From: Mytilus edulis
Lineage: Eukaryota
Direction of reading: 5' to 3'
Assembly: GCF_963676685.1 (NCBI RefSeq)
Contig: NC_092352.1
Location: 85,622,001-85,686,000, forward strand
Length of the DNA: 64,000 bases
The notes under the pieces are model-generated. The model was not told where the DNA came from. It searched no databases and saw nothing but the letters and a program-made list of their open reading frames with translations. Shown one piece after another: positions 1 to 14,564 of this stretch (its first letter is position 1; each line of letters starts with the position of its first letter). A program made the translations under genes and the position numbers.

Positions 1-2585
1 GGTCCCCTTGGTTTTCTTCCGAGACAGTACAACCTGTGCTGAAATTGGGTGTTCGTTTGGCTATGATGAATGTCTTAATTAGCCAACACGTTCGTTTAGA
101 TTTGTGACATTCACTCCGATGACCCGCATTGATAGTGCCCTGCCATTTGCATGTTAAAAGAATTCGAATCACTACAACAACTCTTTGTGGACCCAATAAG
201 TGGCACTTTTAAGGGCCAGTCAATCCCCCTACCACCACTATCTCATCCCGATCAAATTCGATCATATGACGTTTAAACTGTATTTGTTGGCAATTATTAA
301 AGTACTTGTATACTTTATTAACCATAGGACGCTAGGAAAACATCAATCATTCTAACTACACGTGCATGATTTAATCCATTTCTTATGTCTATCCTATTTC
401 TTAATTTGAGTATAAATATGAAGGAACGTGCATGGGCTTAATATTTTAACGCTTTTATATTCTTATATATATGCTGACAATTTACAAATGGCAAATGTTA
501 AGAAAATCAAAAAGTTTTTGTGTTTCTAAATACTGATAGATACTGACATTGGTAACAGAATTTTGCATTTCACCAGAAATACTACATATTCCACACTTTT
601 TTTTTTCGAATGATCGTTCAATCGGACTAAACCATTCCGGGGATCGAAAAATCAAGACCACTGAGTTTGTCGGGTTCTCGATATCCATCTCCTAGAGAAC
701 ACTTCCAGATCGTTGGTTCTTCAGATAATTTTTGTGTGTGTGGTTTTTTTTTCATGAAGATAAGACGGTATAAAACACATAAGTCAATATTTGAATGAAA
801 TTCATATCGATGGGTATAGACTTTTTAAAAGATGCTTATAATATACAGAACGACAAATCCGTTAGATTTCGGCACACAGTAAAAAGAGCAAAGCCCATAC
901 CACAAAGTCAGCTACATGTATTCAAGTACCCGAAATGACAACTGTAAGTCAATTCAAAAGAGAAAACTAATGGCCTAATTTTATGCAAAAAAAAAACCGA
1001 ACGAAAAACAAATATACATATCCACTGAATTACACGCTCCTGACTTTGGACACGCAGGCACATACATAATTTGACAATGTTGAACATGTTAGCGGGCAAC
1101 CAACCCTCCCCGAACCTGCATGGGACAGTGGTGCAACAGTACATTGAGTGTGACTATTTGTTGTAAAGTGGACGTTTTAAAAAAAATGCTAAGTGCAAAA
1201 TACCCTCAAGAGTGTTTCAACAATACAACAGATATTATAGGTTGATGTAATGGTTGTAAATTAATTTTGTAAACCAGAATATTAGTTAACATCATATCAA
1301 ATAGACATAGGAAGATATGGTGTGAGTGCCAATGAGACAATTCTCCATCCAAATAACAATCTTAAAAAGTAAACCATTATAGGTCAATGAACGACCTTCA
1401 ACACGGAGCCTTGGTTCACAACGAAAAACAAACTATAAAGGGCCAAAAAATTACTTGTGTAAAACAATTGAAACGGGAAAACCAACGTTCAAAGCATACT
1501 TTAACACATGCAAAATTCATTGAAAACTTGCATCAACGAAGCGTAGTATAAAAAAAGTGTAATGACGAAGAACCGTACACAGAATGAAAATAAAGACACT
1601 TTAAAACGTGTATTTTATGTTTTTTTAGATACCATTTTAACTCACGATCTTTATAAGTATGGTACTTTTGAACAATGAAATTTTCAAAAATGTATGTTTT
1701 AAAAACTATGAGACACGATAAACAGAAGGTTTTTAATTAGTATAAAAATACCCAGCCTGCTTTAATCAGTGGCATTGTTTTTTTAATGTTTGCCTATAAA
1801 ATGTCACATATTTGAAAACCGTTGTACTAGTTTATTTGATTTTGATATACAATCAAAATCTTTGTTTTCAAGTTACTATTGAAAGTCTCTCTTGAATAAA
1901 AGTATATTTTTTTTATATAAATTTACTTGTATTATTGGCGCAAATAAAAAGTTTTATTTTGGCGCAAATGAAATCTTAAGGTTGTGTCGTAAATGAAAGA
2001 TTATTTTGGGGCAAATAAAATGCGAATAGGCGCAAAAGTAAAGCAACGCTTAAAATAAAACACATTTGTTTTCATTATTTATGATTTTTATCAAGTGAAA
2101 CAGGCTGGGTTAATTATCCAAGGCTGAACTCTCGATGAATCAAGGCACTGCAATTTTAATCTGAACTAGTTTACGACCACACCAATTGCAACAATACCAA
2201 AGATCAGATGTATTGATAACAAAATCTTACAGGGATTCCTCAGTTTAACTGTTTAAAAATAGAAAGTAATATAGATAAAACATTTCCGAAAAGATACCTT
2301 TCCTATATCTGTATTATGAATATTCTTTGTACAGTGCACCATACTATATGTATTTGTCACGTTTTGTAGATTTTAAAATAATATTTTTTTTTAACATTAA
2401 TATAAAAAAAATAAAGATGTGATGTGATTGCCTATGAGAAAGCCAGCAATTGAAATTTATTATATAAAGAACCTTCAACAACGAAGAAAACAGAAACCGT
2501 ACTGTAAGGAATAAAATGGTTGACTTGTCGTCTGTTTATGTGGTTCATAATTGTTTCTCTTTTCTCGTTTTTTATATAAATTTAA

Positions 2586-2744
2586 CAGTGGCGGATCCAG
2601 AATTTTTCATGAGTGGGGGCCCACTGACTGACCTAAGAGGGGGCCCGCTCCAGTCACGCTTCAGTGATTCCCTATATAAGCAACCATTTTTTCCCAAAAA
2701 AGGGGGGAGCGGGCCCCCTGGGCCCCCTCCTAAATCCGCCTCTG
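2586..2744. mobile_element. Small GC-rich MITE with CAG..CTG termini (hAT-like)
   Basis: cagtggcggatccag / ctaaatccgcctctg; degenerate relatives near 13243-13368 and 38103-38266. Confidence 0.65.
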
Positions 2745-3104
2745 GATTAGACCGTTGGTTTTCCCCTTTGAATGGTTAAATACACTAGTACTTTTTTTTA
2801 GTATAACAGTCCTATAGCATTAATTGTTATATACCCTTTTATTAATGTAAATTTAAAAGCGTTAGCATTTCTCTACAAGTCTTTCCCTTTAAGCATTAAC
2901 GTCGGATTTAGGGAGCAGGGGACCGGGGTCCTCCCTTATTGAGCTTCGAAATTAATATATGTATTAATACATATACTTTTTTACAAGTATCACTTCCAAT
3001 GTTGGCTTTACACGCCCAACCTCCCTTTTCCAAAAATATTAGATCAGCACGATCTAAGCATGGCTTTCACTGAATGATAGAAGGTTAAGAAAGACCAATA
3101 TATG

Positions 3105-3425
3105 CATCCCGCTAACATGTTTAACCCCGCCACATTATTAATGTATGTGTCTGTCCCAAGTCATGAGCCTGTAATTCAGTGGTTGTCGTTTGTTTATGTG
3201 TTACTTATTTGTTTTCGTCCATTTTTTTACATAAACAAGGCCGTTAGTTTTCTCGTTTGAATTGTTTTACATTGTCTTATCGGGGCCTTTTATAGCTGAC
3301 TATGCGGTATGAGCTTTGCTCATTATTGAAGGCCGATCGGTGACCTAAAGTTGTTAATGTTTGTGTCATTTTGGTCTTTTGTGGATAGTTGTCTCATTGG
3401 CAATGATACCACATCTTCTTTTTCA
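3105..3425. repeat. Abundant interspersed repeat (ttgtctcattggcaatcataccacatcttc family); copies also ~880-1142, 1305-1490, 6040-6240, 9940-10080, 49141-49572, 49850-50095, 54808-55128, 60000-60330
   Basis: High identity between 3105-3425 and 49200-49572, in both orientations across the window; class unresolved. Confidence 0.8.
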
Positions 3426-4344
3426 TATAGTAAAAAATGTCAGGAAAAACTAACCGTAATCAATTCCAATATATAAAATTATAATTCGTCTAAATAACAC
3501 CCCAACAATTTAAGACCTGCAAAGCGAATGCAAATTTTTATTCTTCCCTGGCTGGGATTCGAACTGACATGCTAAAGAGATATCGTGGTACCAAATCTCC
3601 TTGCGCTAGACCACTCGAGCACTTAGGCTCGACAAAAATCAAGCTTTTGGTTGCCGAGTGTTACCTTTTCTCGTCTGTTTTTATCTAGCGTCGTAACAAA
3701 AAACATGAGCCCTCGTGAAATATGAATATTCTAATCTTTGTTGAACAAATCTCTACCTGAGGCATGGGAAATATATGTATAATATATAAGGCATGAATAT
3801 GGAATATCAAAAATCAGCTGAATTATCTATCGTAGAGGATCTTGCAAATTAATGTAGGATGCAGTCACATAAATAATTATATTGTTATATAAGCTACGTC
3901 TGAGCCAGTGACAACTCTACGACAACTCGACTCTATTATATATAGTATTTTTTCTATGACAAATATACAGGTAGTGGTCCGTTGGTTAGTGTCAGAATTT
4001 TTTAAACGATTTTATACAATACTACAAAAAAGCATATAATATCTGATCGTTTGAGATGTCGAGGGAAAATATATTCTTTTTTGATAACTCTATCGCATTG
4101 TTATTTCCCTCTTTCACTATTTATCAAAATATATGTTGTATATGCATTTACTGCAGTAGTCAAAGTATTCATGACGACAAACGCATCAAACACTGGTGTG
4201 ATTAACTTGGAAGGTAGATAACTATTGAACCGGTTTACCCACTGTTAAAAAAATAGACTGATCTTCTTCTAACTAGTTAAATTTTAGATTCTATTTCAAA
4301 CAAGACGGCACACACAGGTCGAGGTCAGGTGAACTCTGACAGAC

Positions 4345-4957
4345 ATCGGCGGAGGACATTTTAGCGCATTGAAAGGAAATTTGAGAGAGAAAAATCGGAC
4401 GTGTTAGCGCCAAAGTAGAACCCATTTTAGCGCCTGGTTTTTAACCCATTTTAGCGAAAAATTATAGAATATATGATGTCTTTCAGATACAGCACTAAAA
4501 GTCTTGCTCTAGCCTGGAATTTATATCCTAGAGAACGTACATAATAGGCTCCGGATATACCCCATGTACAAAATTGTTGAATTGCATTAGGAACTGTTCT
4601 TTCTCTTTATCTTGTCTAGATTAATGTGGTGCATATAAATTGTCTATACTTCGTATTTTTATATATGCTATTCCTTGCAATTCGATAAAAGTATATTAAA
4701 AAAAGTATATAGCTGGATGATAACTATAAAGTTGCTCATTATAATGTCATGGGACGACTCAGATCCATTATTAATTCGCTTTGAATTACACTCAACTTCT
4801 GGCCAAAGCTTAAAGCGAGTATTATTTAATCAGGTAAGTAAGTTTTCGCTAAAATGAACTATCGAAAATACAGGTGAACGGATTAATCCCGCGCTAAAAT
4901 GGGCTCTATTGTCTCCTTGTAGTTCAATTTTTTTTTCGCTAATATGTCCTGCGCCCA
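4345..4957. mobile_element. Fold-back/MITE-like element with reiterated cattttagcg subterminal motifs
   Basis: ggacattttagcg and cccattttagcg x2 on the left; cgctaaaatg x2 and cgctaatatgtcc on the right. Confidence 0.55.
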
Positions 4958-6910
4958 CACCCACCCGACGGACATATAGACATTGTAAGGAAACCATATA
5001 CCAATTATAATTCTTCTTTTTCTCATGATACCGTAAATGAGAAATGTACATGACAACTTTATTAAGTAGTTGCTGAACCATGATAAAATATGTCTAGGAC
5101 AATGTATGGACACATGACAGATGACTTCGTAACATAATGTACCTGTTTACTAGATATGAAACATCCATGTCTTCTTCCTGCTAAATTATATATGTTTCAT
5201 AAAAATAGTTTACCCCATTACCACCACCGCCGCCGAATACCAATTCCTATATCTCGAAAACTGCGAGAGAACAAATAATTAGATTAGAGGTTTCACTTGT
5301 TTGCATTGTTTTATATTTGTCGTATCGGGCCTTTTATGTAGCTAGGTGTGCAGTATATCTTTGCTTATTTTTGAAGGCCGTTGATATCATGAAAGTTGCT
5401 AAGGGAGCTACCGTTTGATTTTCATGGGGGGGGGGGGGGGGGGGCTAGGATGAAATTTGAATAAAAATAGGCAGGACAGGAGTTTTGAGTAAAAAAAAAG
5501 GCAGGATGGGACACTTGCAAAAAAAAAGTCAGGATAAACTAAAAAAAAAAAAGGACCGGATAGAGTGAAAAATAAAAAGGCAGGACAGAGATAACAACTA
5601 AAAATAAATGCAGGACAACATTTTTCATCCTGTGTTCAAATGTTCAATTCACCGATTGGATAGGTTTATTGTTTTTAAACATTATGGTGTATTTGTGTAC
5701 ATTAATAAGGAGCTTTATAAACAGGCAGACAATTGAAGCTTTGCTGTCCATACATTTTCACGTTCAGTCGTTTCAATTCCAAACAAACTTGTTCAATTTG
5801 CATTAATATTAAAATATGTCATTAGTGTATAGTATGCTTTACACTTGTAAAATATCTCCCTTTTTCCACTAAGGTCGCATCAAAATCCGTTAACCCCGAC
5901 ATCAGGATTCTCGCAATAAAAAAAAATATTCAAGTTAAAGAGCTGCGTATATCACTGCCTGATTATTTCTGTATCAAGATAAAGCCAAAAGTTCAGTCAC
6001 GTGTATTCTTAAAGATAAAAATTGAATGTATGCAATTATAGGCAACCGGACAGCCTTCAACAATAACCAAACCATACCATATGGTCGGTTATATTAGTCC
6101 CCAACATGAAAGATGTAAAACAATTCAAAAGAAAAAAATAACGGCCTCATTTGTAACAAAACATGACAGACATAAACCTGACTTATAGGAAATGCACATT
6201 AAGAATGTGAGAGATTGAAAAAAATACACATCCAACGGCCTTCCAAATTTATCGGACAGTAATTGCATAAATAACAATTCATCGAAACTTTATCGGGACT
6301 ACAGTACCGATCATGGTTATCAAGTTGTGAAATATGCATGTACATAGGAGAAAGGGGCTTAAGGAAAATCAAAGGGAAACATGACAATTTAGTACGAAAA
6401 ATTGTCTATTTTGTCGGTTAGTGTAGTGAAATATTCAAATCTAGAAAAAGGACAGGTATTGCTGTCTGTATTGTATTTACTGTGCTCCTTGTCTTCTTAA
6501 TTTATATATATCAGATACCACAGTATTATTTTATTCGGTTATGCTCGGGTTGTTACATGTATTGCTATTTTTTTCTCGGGTTATTTGTCATCGACATCGA
6601 TCTCACATATTCTTTTATTCTTAAATATACCAAAGTACCGTAAAATAAACACTCCCCTCCCCAGACGCTTATAGCAAAATAACTTATTTAGTAAATTTGT
6701 AACTTGAATATCACATAATCCGAATAAAATAACTTGTTTAAGTGATCATGATTTCATAATGTATTTTCTATATTGATAAGGACCTATCTTAACTCAAAAT
6801 CTAAGACCAAAAAAGAGGGATCCAGGGATTCGTACGAATCCCAGGCTTTGAAAACGAATAAGCTCATTTTAAGTCGACGTTCTGTTTGAACTGTGACTGT
6901 TAAATTTGAA

Positions 6911-9487
6911 AAGGAGTAGGTCCAGTAAGAGCCTTTTTTGGCCCCAAAATATAGCAGTTTTACAAAATTGATAAAATGTAAACTTTTAGTTATTTATTGA
7001 ACAGTAGAGTGCTTCTGCTACATAAATATGGGCTATTTTTGAATATACAATGAACATATATCGGGTACTGGCACCTTAAAGTTGTGCTAAATTACTCGGA
7101 ATTCTTCACAATTCCTACATTTTAGTTAAATTTTAGACGGTTTTCGTGTAAAACGAAAGTGTTCATCCATACTATTGAAATGGAAGTTGTATTTTATGAT
7201 AATACATAACGTATATAAAGGTTGAGAATGAACACGGATGCGGCCACTTTCATTTTTGCCAAAAACCATCCAAAAGTGACATTTTTCGGCATATTTGGTT
7301 GATTTTTATACGACCGCAAAATTTGAAAAATTTTTCGTCGTATATTGCTATCACGTTGGCGTCGGCGTCGTCGTCGGCGTCGTCGTCGTCGGCGTCGTCG
7401 TCGTCGTCGTCGTCGTCCTGCGTCCGAATACTTTTAGTTTTCGCACTCTAACTTTAGTAAAAGTGAATGGAAATCTATGAAATTTTAACACAAGGTTTAT
7501 GACCACAAAAGGAAGGTTGGTATTGATTTTGGGAGTTTTGGTCCCAACATTTTAGGAATAAGGGGCCAAAAAGGGCCCAAATAAGCATTTTCTTGGTTTT
7601 CGCACTATAACTTTAGTTTAAGTTAATAGAAATCTATGAAATTTTGACACAAGGTTTATGACCACAAAAGAACGGTTGGGATTGATTTTGGGAGTTTTGG
7701 TTTCAACAGTTTAGGAATTAGGGGCCAAAAAAGGGCCCAAATAAGCATTATTCTTGGTTTTCGCACAATAACTTTAGTTTAAGTAAATAGAAATCAATGA
7801 AATTTAAACACAATGTTAATGACTACAAAAGGAAGGTTGGTATTGATTTTGGGAGTTTAGGTCCCAACAGTTTAGGAATTAGGGGCCAAAAAGGGACCCA
7901 AATAAGCATTTTTCTTGGTTTTCGCACCATAACGTTAGTATAAGTAAATAGAAATCTATGAAATTTAAACACAAGGTTTATGACCATAAAAGGAAGGTTG
8001 GTATTGATTTTGGGAGTTTTGGTCCCAACAGAATAAGGGGCCCAAAGGGTCCAAAATTAAACTTTGTTTGATTTCATCAAAATTGAATAATTGGGGTTCT
8101 TTGATATGCCGAATCTAACTGTCATGACTGTGTATGTAGATTCTTAACTTTTGGTCCCGTTTTCAAATTGGTCTACATTAAGGTCCATAGGGTCCAAAAT
8201 TAAACTTATTTTGATTTTGACAAAAAATGAATCAGTTAGGTTCTTTGATATGCTGAATCTAAAAATGTACTTAGATTCTTGATTATTGGCCCAGTTTTCA
8301 AGTTGGTCCAAATCGGGGTCCAAAATTAAACTTTGTTTGATTTCATCAAAAATTGAATAAATGGGGTTCTTTGATATACCAAATCTAACTGTGTATGTAG
8401 ATTCTTCATTTTTGGTCCTGTTTTCAAATTGGTCTACACTAAAGTCCAAAGGGTCCAAAATTAAACTTAGTCTGATTTTAACAAAAATTGAAATCTTGGG
8501 GTTCTTTGATATGCTGAATCCAAAAATGTACTTAGATATTTATTATGGGCCCAGTTTTCAAGTTGGTCCAAATCAGGATCTAAAATTATTATATTAAGTA
8601 TTGTGCAATAGCAAGTCTTTTCAATTGCACAGTATTGCACAATGGCAAGAAATATCTAATTGCACAATATTGTGAAATAGCAAATTTTTTTTTAATTAGA
8701 GTTATCTTTCTTTGTCCAGAATAGTAAGCAAGAAATATCTAATTGCAAAATATTGTGCAATAGCAAGATTTTTTTTTAATTGGAGTTATCTTTCTTTGTC
8801 CAGAATCAACTTAAATCTTTGTTATATACAATATACAATGTATATTCACTTTTTACTACCAACTGATAAATTAAAATAATCTTTACCATTCAGTGATAAC
8901 AAGCAGTTTTTTGACATCTTAATATTTTATGATGTATTTAAATGAGTAGTTATTGTTGCAAACTCCATTAGAAATTTTAATTGAGATTAGTTTTGGAATA
9001 AGGGAAAGGGGGATGTGATTAAAAAAATTGGGTTCAATTTTTCTCATTTGAAATTTCATAAATAAAAAAGAAAATTTCTTCAAACATTTTTTTGAGAGGA
9101 TTAATATTCAACAGCATAGTGAATTGCTCTAAGAGAAAACAAAAAATTTAAGTTCATTAGAACACATTCATTCTGTGTCAGAAACCTATGCTGTGTCAAC
9201 TATTTAATCACAATCCAAATTTAGAGCTGAATCCAGCTTGAATGTTGTGTCCATACTTGCCCCAACCATTCAGGGTTCAACCTCTGCGGTCGTATAAAGC
9301 TACGCCCTGCGGAGCATCTGGTTCATATTTGAGCTTGAATCGGATCGTTTTAATGACTTAATCAGTTCAAATCTTTCACATAAACTAATTGATTCAAATG
9401 AAATAGACACTGAAGTGTTTAAAAAATGGTCAAAATCATTTGTCAGATGAACCTGAAATATGAGGCCAAAATCGGCCCTTACTCCTT
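6911..9487. mobile_element. MITE with termini aaggagta..tactcctt, interrupted by the 7303-9323 element
   Basis: Left aaggagtaggtccagtaag..ttttggcc, right ggccaaaa..cttactcctt; right TIR internally deleted. Confidence 0.55.
7303..9323 (+). mobile_element. Helentron-associated (HINE/DINE-1-like) non-autonomous element with internal satellite
   Basis: Subterminal IR tttatacgaccgca (7305-7318) / tgcggtcgtataaa (9285-9298); (GTC)n at ~7358-7417; ~160-bp tandem x~3.8 (7438-8050); alternating ~126-143-bp units (8047-8585); short GC-rich 3' end; T-rich insertion site. Confidence 0.75.
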
Positions 9488-12400
9488 TGTTGGAACAACG
9501 ACTACAATGTATTAACGAGTAGATGTAACCCTCTTAGGAAATTCCTGGCTACGAACTTTGTTAAACAAAATGTGCGGATATAATTCCATTATTATAGATA
9601 ATTACCATTAAACACGTATAATTTGACAAGACATAAATATAGAACGAAGTGGAAATTATCAATAGATCAATAGTTGCAATTTATATAAATGACTGAAATC
9701 TTCATTTTTGTTATTTAACCTCTTTATACGGCTGCAAAAAATGTATTATTCTATCATGATCATGAATATCATGATTTTTTTCATCATATGTGAAATAACC
9801 CCTATAGTTACCGAACCCAACTTGCTTTTAGAAATATGTTCACCATTGTCTCGTGGATCTGGCAATAAAATCTGTGTCGAGCCGAGGTCGGATGACTTTT
9901 GTTTAGATGCCGTTTAAGTAATTTATATACATACAAAAAAGAAGATGTAGTCATTGAGACAACTCTTCACAAGAGACCCAATGACACAAAAAAATATAGG
10001 TCACCGCACGGCCTTCAACAATGAAAACGCCCATACCGCATAGTCAGTTAGAAATCACAAATGTAAAATAATTCAAACCAGAATATAGCCGGTTACTGTA
10101 CCGTGTTAGGTTATAACCTACATTCGGTTGTAGCTTTAGACTCCCGTTGAAGTGAGTATAGTACGCACTTGTTTCTGTCAATATTGCCCCTTAATCAATA
10201 AAACAATTCATGGTTACAGTTAAAACCAACATCAAGTCTTTATTCTTGATCTTTACATACATTTTCAATATATTAAAAAAAAACGAATAGATGGCTGATC
10301 GTAATTTTCTGGATTCACGGGAGCTCGTTCGAAAACTGAAAGATTTGCATACGATTTCAAGAAGAGTGCTTGTATACAGACTATAATACAAAGTCAGACA
10401 GCGGTAAACATAGAAGATGGAAAGACAAAAGGTAGGTAAAACTTTAAAACAAAAATTTTGGTTTAAGGAACCTCTTTGATCTTCAACACGTCGGTTGTCT
10501 CGTAATTCTTTTCGTGTGCGTGCTATATCATGCCTTAAAAAGTCGTAAAGGGCGGGGGGTGGGGGGGGGTTGATTTATAATTTACATGCAGTACATCGAA
10601 TCAATAAAAAAAATATCAAATCATACCACATCTCTAGTCTAGTTCTACGGTCTACATCTTGAGTCCATTAAAGCATAAAGGGGAGGGACTTTTTTATGTT
10701 TTTCTTGGGGGGGGGGGTTATAATTTTACCTGTTTCTGATCTTATAAAAAACAGTTCATCGAATCAATAAAAACAAATTCAGTCCTACCACATCCCTTTT
10801 TTTTTTATTTATCTTGCCTAAATGATATGTGTATTTTTCTTCCTTTCAAGTCACCGATCTTAAAGCTTGCTTGGTACTCCATGCATTACTTAAAAAAATC
10901 ATGGGTACAATTTCATCAAGATAAACTTTAATCTTTTTGTATAAAGAAGACAATGAACTGTTTTCCCTGATTCAGTTCCACAAACATGTATTTGCTTATT
11001 TTGTACACAACATTTAAGTTGTAAATTTATATCGGTTTACATAAAATTTTAAACAGGTTTTCTTATAAATGTAGAAGACTAGTAAATGTTTGCGTCATAT
11101 AGATAAAGTATAGTCCAACCGTCAAATGAAATATTCAGGAAATGACAAAAGAGTAACATAAACACGGGTCCAACGTAAATTCTGCGGTAAACGCAGATCT
11201 TCAGAAGAATTGTTGTTGTGAGTCAAAGTATATGAGAGTGAAAGTAATTCAGCCAGAAACCCAACAGCACAAAACCAAAAAAGTCATCGCAAGCGATGTT
11301 GATATGGATACGATTTTCAACAAACAACACAATGAACAGAGTCCCAATAATGACAATACACAAGCGCAAGTTTAATTCACTAAAAGTGAAAAGAAAGTTG
11401 TGAATATGTTTATTGTATCTGCATGTCACTCAGTTTTTTCGCAGATGATAGCTCAATTTCGTTATATATAATATAAATGTCCTAAATTTGACATTTTCTG
11501 AACAATTTCTGAAGCGACATTTATGTGTTTGTCCTATCCAAGGAAACGACCTGAGATGCTTTGATTTTTTTTTGGGGGGAACAGGGGGGGGGGGGGGGAG
11601 AGTGGTGGTATTGAAATGCTGTGAATTTTTACTTAAAAAACTGCAGAATAAGCCAGCTTAGAAACTGGAATCCTCTTCAAAATCGTGCTATTTAAATTAT
11701 GAGCTAACGTTATGTCTACAAATCTCAAGAGTTTCAAAGTATAAATGGGAAACTTGTATTTAGTTAAATAACAATAAAACCAACGATATTTATCACATAA
11801 TTTGATATAACTTATCATAAGACATAGTTTTGTTAATATTGCTAAAGATACATTAACATCATAAATAACTTAGTATAGTAATAACTCAGTTTGAATCTCC
11901 ATTCATTTTTATTTTACAATATTTAATGCTGAATCAGAAATTTTTAAGTGACCTTGTTATTATCTTTACTTGGATCTTGTAGAGTTGCTCTTGACCTCAT
12001 TAAGGTTTAGTCATTCATCGAAATTCCGTAACACCCATCCCAATGTTCGCAACTGTAATAAATCATAGGTTGAGGTGCAAAGGTTAAGGTTATTTAAATG
12101 TAACCTATTTGTAAACAAGATTCCGCGCTTAAAATTTTGACAGGAAGACGTTCAATTAAAAATTAAATACAGACGTTGATCTTCATTTTGCAGTTTCCTT
12201 TTCTACACAAAATGAGCAAAGTTAGATGTGTATTCGTCGTTAGGGACATACCACACCTGTCCTTGCGCTAGTTCTCTGAAATAGGTAAGAATTCAACAAT
12301 CCGTCTTTTATATCACAAAACTTTTTTTAAGGACACTGAGTTTCTTTAATTTCTGAGACGTTAGATTTATAAAACACATGTAGACTTTTTAAGGCGTGAT

Positions 12401-14564
12401 GTAGCACGCACACGAAAAGAGTTTATACGAGACAACCGACGTGTTGGAGATCAAAGAGGTTCTTTAAAAAGAAAAACACCTATAAAGACCATTTGTGACA
12501 TATTATATTTCAGGACCCCTGTATTTCTTTTGGTTATAATTAAACTCTTCATATGTACACAATAAGTATAGGATATTTCATTTTTAAAAATCTCAATGTT
12601 GTCATGTGTTTACGCTGTTTGAAAAGCGCGCTTTATTTATATACCAGATGATACACTCCAACCAGTATTGAGATTTTAAAATACAAGACAAGACAATTAA
12701 AGAAATCTCTCAAAACTGAAAAGGAATTTTAAATATCAAATCAATAGTCGACGGACAAATTTAGGAATGAAATCTGAACTTTTGAAAATGATATTGTTAG
12801 TATGTATCGAATACAGTAAATTATAAGCCTTTCACGTATACTGTGGTTATACTGTAATGAGATGCGCAGACAGATTTATGATGATATAATCAAAGATAAA
12901 ACTTTGACGGAGGAAGGATAAAATCTAGGACGTTTTCCCAAAATTGACAAAGACCTTTATCGGACAAGATAGTCGCATCGAAGAAAATTAATTCTTTCCT
13001 TTTTCATAGTCGCTAATCAGCAAGAATATGTGATTATGTAATAATAAAAACAACTCATCAGAGTATCCTATAAATAGTACGGGAAAGTCCAAGTCAGTGA
13101 ACTTATATTATAAACTCTGGGTAACATTTTGTCTCTGCAGGTCTTTCAAACAATAAATTCAAATTAAAAAATCACTCTAGTCCATTTCTAGCTCCAAAAA
13201 AGTTTTCACAGCGAACGGTAAAATACTGCTTTTGGGACAAGCGGCGTATCTAAGGTGGTGGAACCCCCCTTTTTGACGATAAATGCGTCTGATTAGGTAT
13301 ACATAAGGCTGTCCCCCCCCCTTTCGTCCTGGGTTTGAACTCGGGCCCTTTTAAAAATGGCTGGACCCCAATTATATCAAAATTACAGAAAGGACTTGCC
13401 AAGCTATATGTAAAAATATGGATAATTCTTTATTAAAAATGGGGGGGGGGGGGGGGGGGGGGGGGGTGTCTTTTTTGCTTAGGTTGATTAGGTACTTTCA
13501 TACTTTTGTTAACTGGTATTTAGAAAATATGTGTGTTGTTAACTGTTATTCAAATTATCAAATAACAATTAAGGAATTTTTATCAATGCTCGATCTCCTT
13601 GTTTTTTTTCGATCGATATAAAGTATTTTGCCCTATATTGACCCTATTTTCTTAGGTAAAAATCATTAATCAATTATATAAGTCGTACTGAGATTTCTTC
13701 CGGCATCACTGACATCTTAATCCAGCCTTCTATTTCGTAAGCGTTAGCTTATACTCGATCTATGGTTAAACAGTGGCCCAGGATCACAGGCTATAGCAAT
13801 CAGTGAGCCAGGACCCGAGGCTACGACAAATCATACAAACTTATAGGTTAGCGAATTCAGTTTCTGCAGAGGTTTACCGCTTGTCGAGTTTTAAATTTCC
13901 GCACCTTCTATGCAGGATCGAAAGTCAAACATATATTGTTTGCAATTAAGTTACAATTTTGATTTTATATTTTTATCATTGTCAATCAAATTTTTGTTAT
14001 TTCATTATTTTAATAAATATTTGAATGATTGAAAGTTGTGACCTCAGTTTACATGGTTTACAACAATTTAACATTTATTGTTGCAATTTTCATTAATCAT
14101 GTTGATGCAAATTCATTTCCGGAATTTTGGATTCTTTAATATGAAATAAATGTATAGAGAGTTGTCCTTATGTTTTATGTTAACCGGACTTTAACCAAAT
14201 GCCTTTGATTTATGATTTAACAAAAAACCTGGGATATGCATCCTACTGTCTAAACATAAACCAATTGTGAACTTGTGGTACATGTTTTGATAATTTGCAA
14301 ACAAAGAGTCTAGTTCTATGGTCTACATCTCGGGTCCATTAAAGCATAAAAGGGGGGCACTTTTGGGGGGGGGAGATAATTTATAATTTTACCTGTTTCT
14401 GATCTTATAAAAATATGCAGTATATTGAATCAATAAAAACTTATTTAATCATACCACATCTCTTTTTTTATTTATCTAAAATATGCCTAAATGATCTGTG
14501 TATTTTTCTTCCTTCCTAGTCATCGATCTTAAAGTTTGCTTGGTACTTCACGCATTACTAAATA

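Noticed and set aside
7295-8597. ORFs 7295..7480, 8144..8458, 8361..8597
   Set aside because: Translations of (GTC)n and tandem repeats inside a non-autonomous element.
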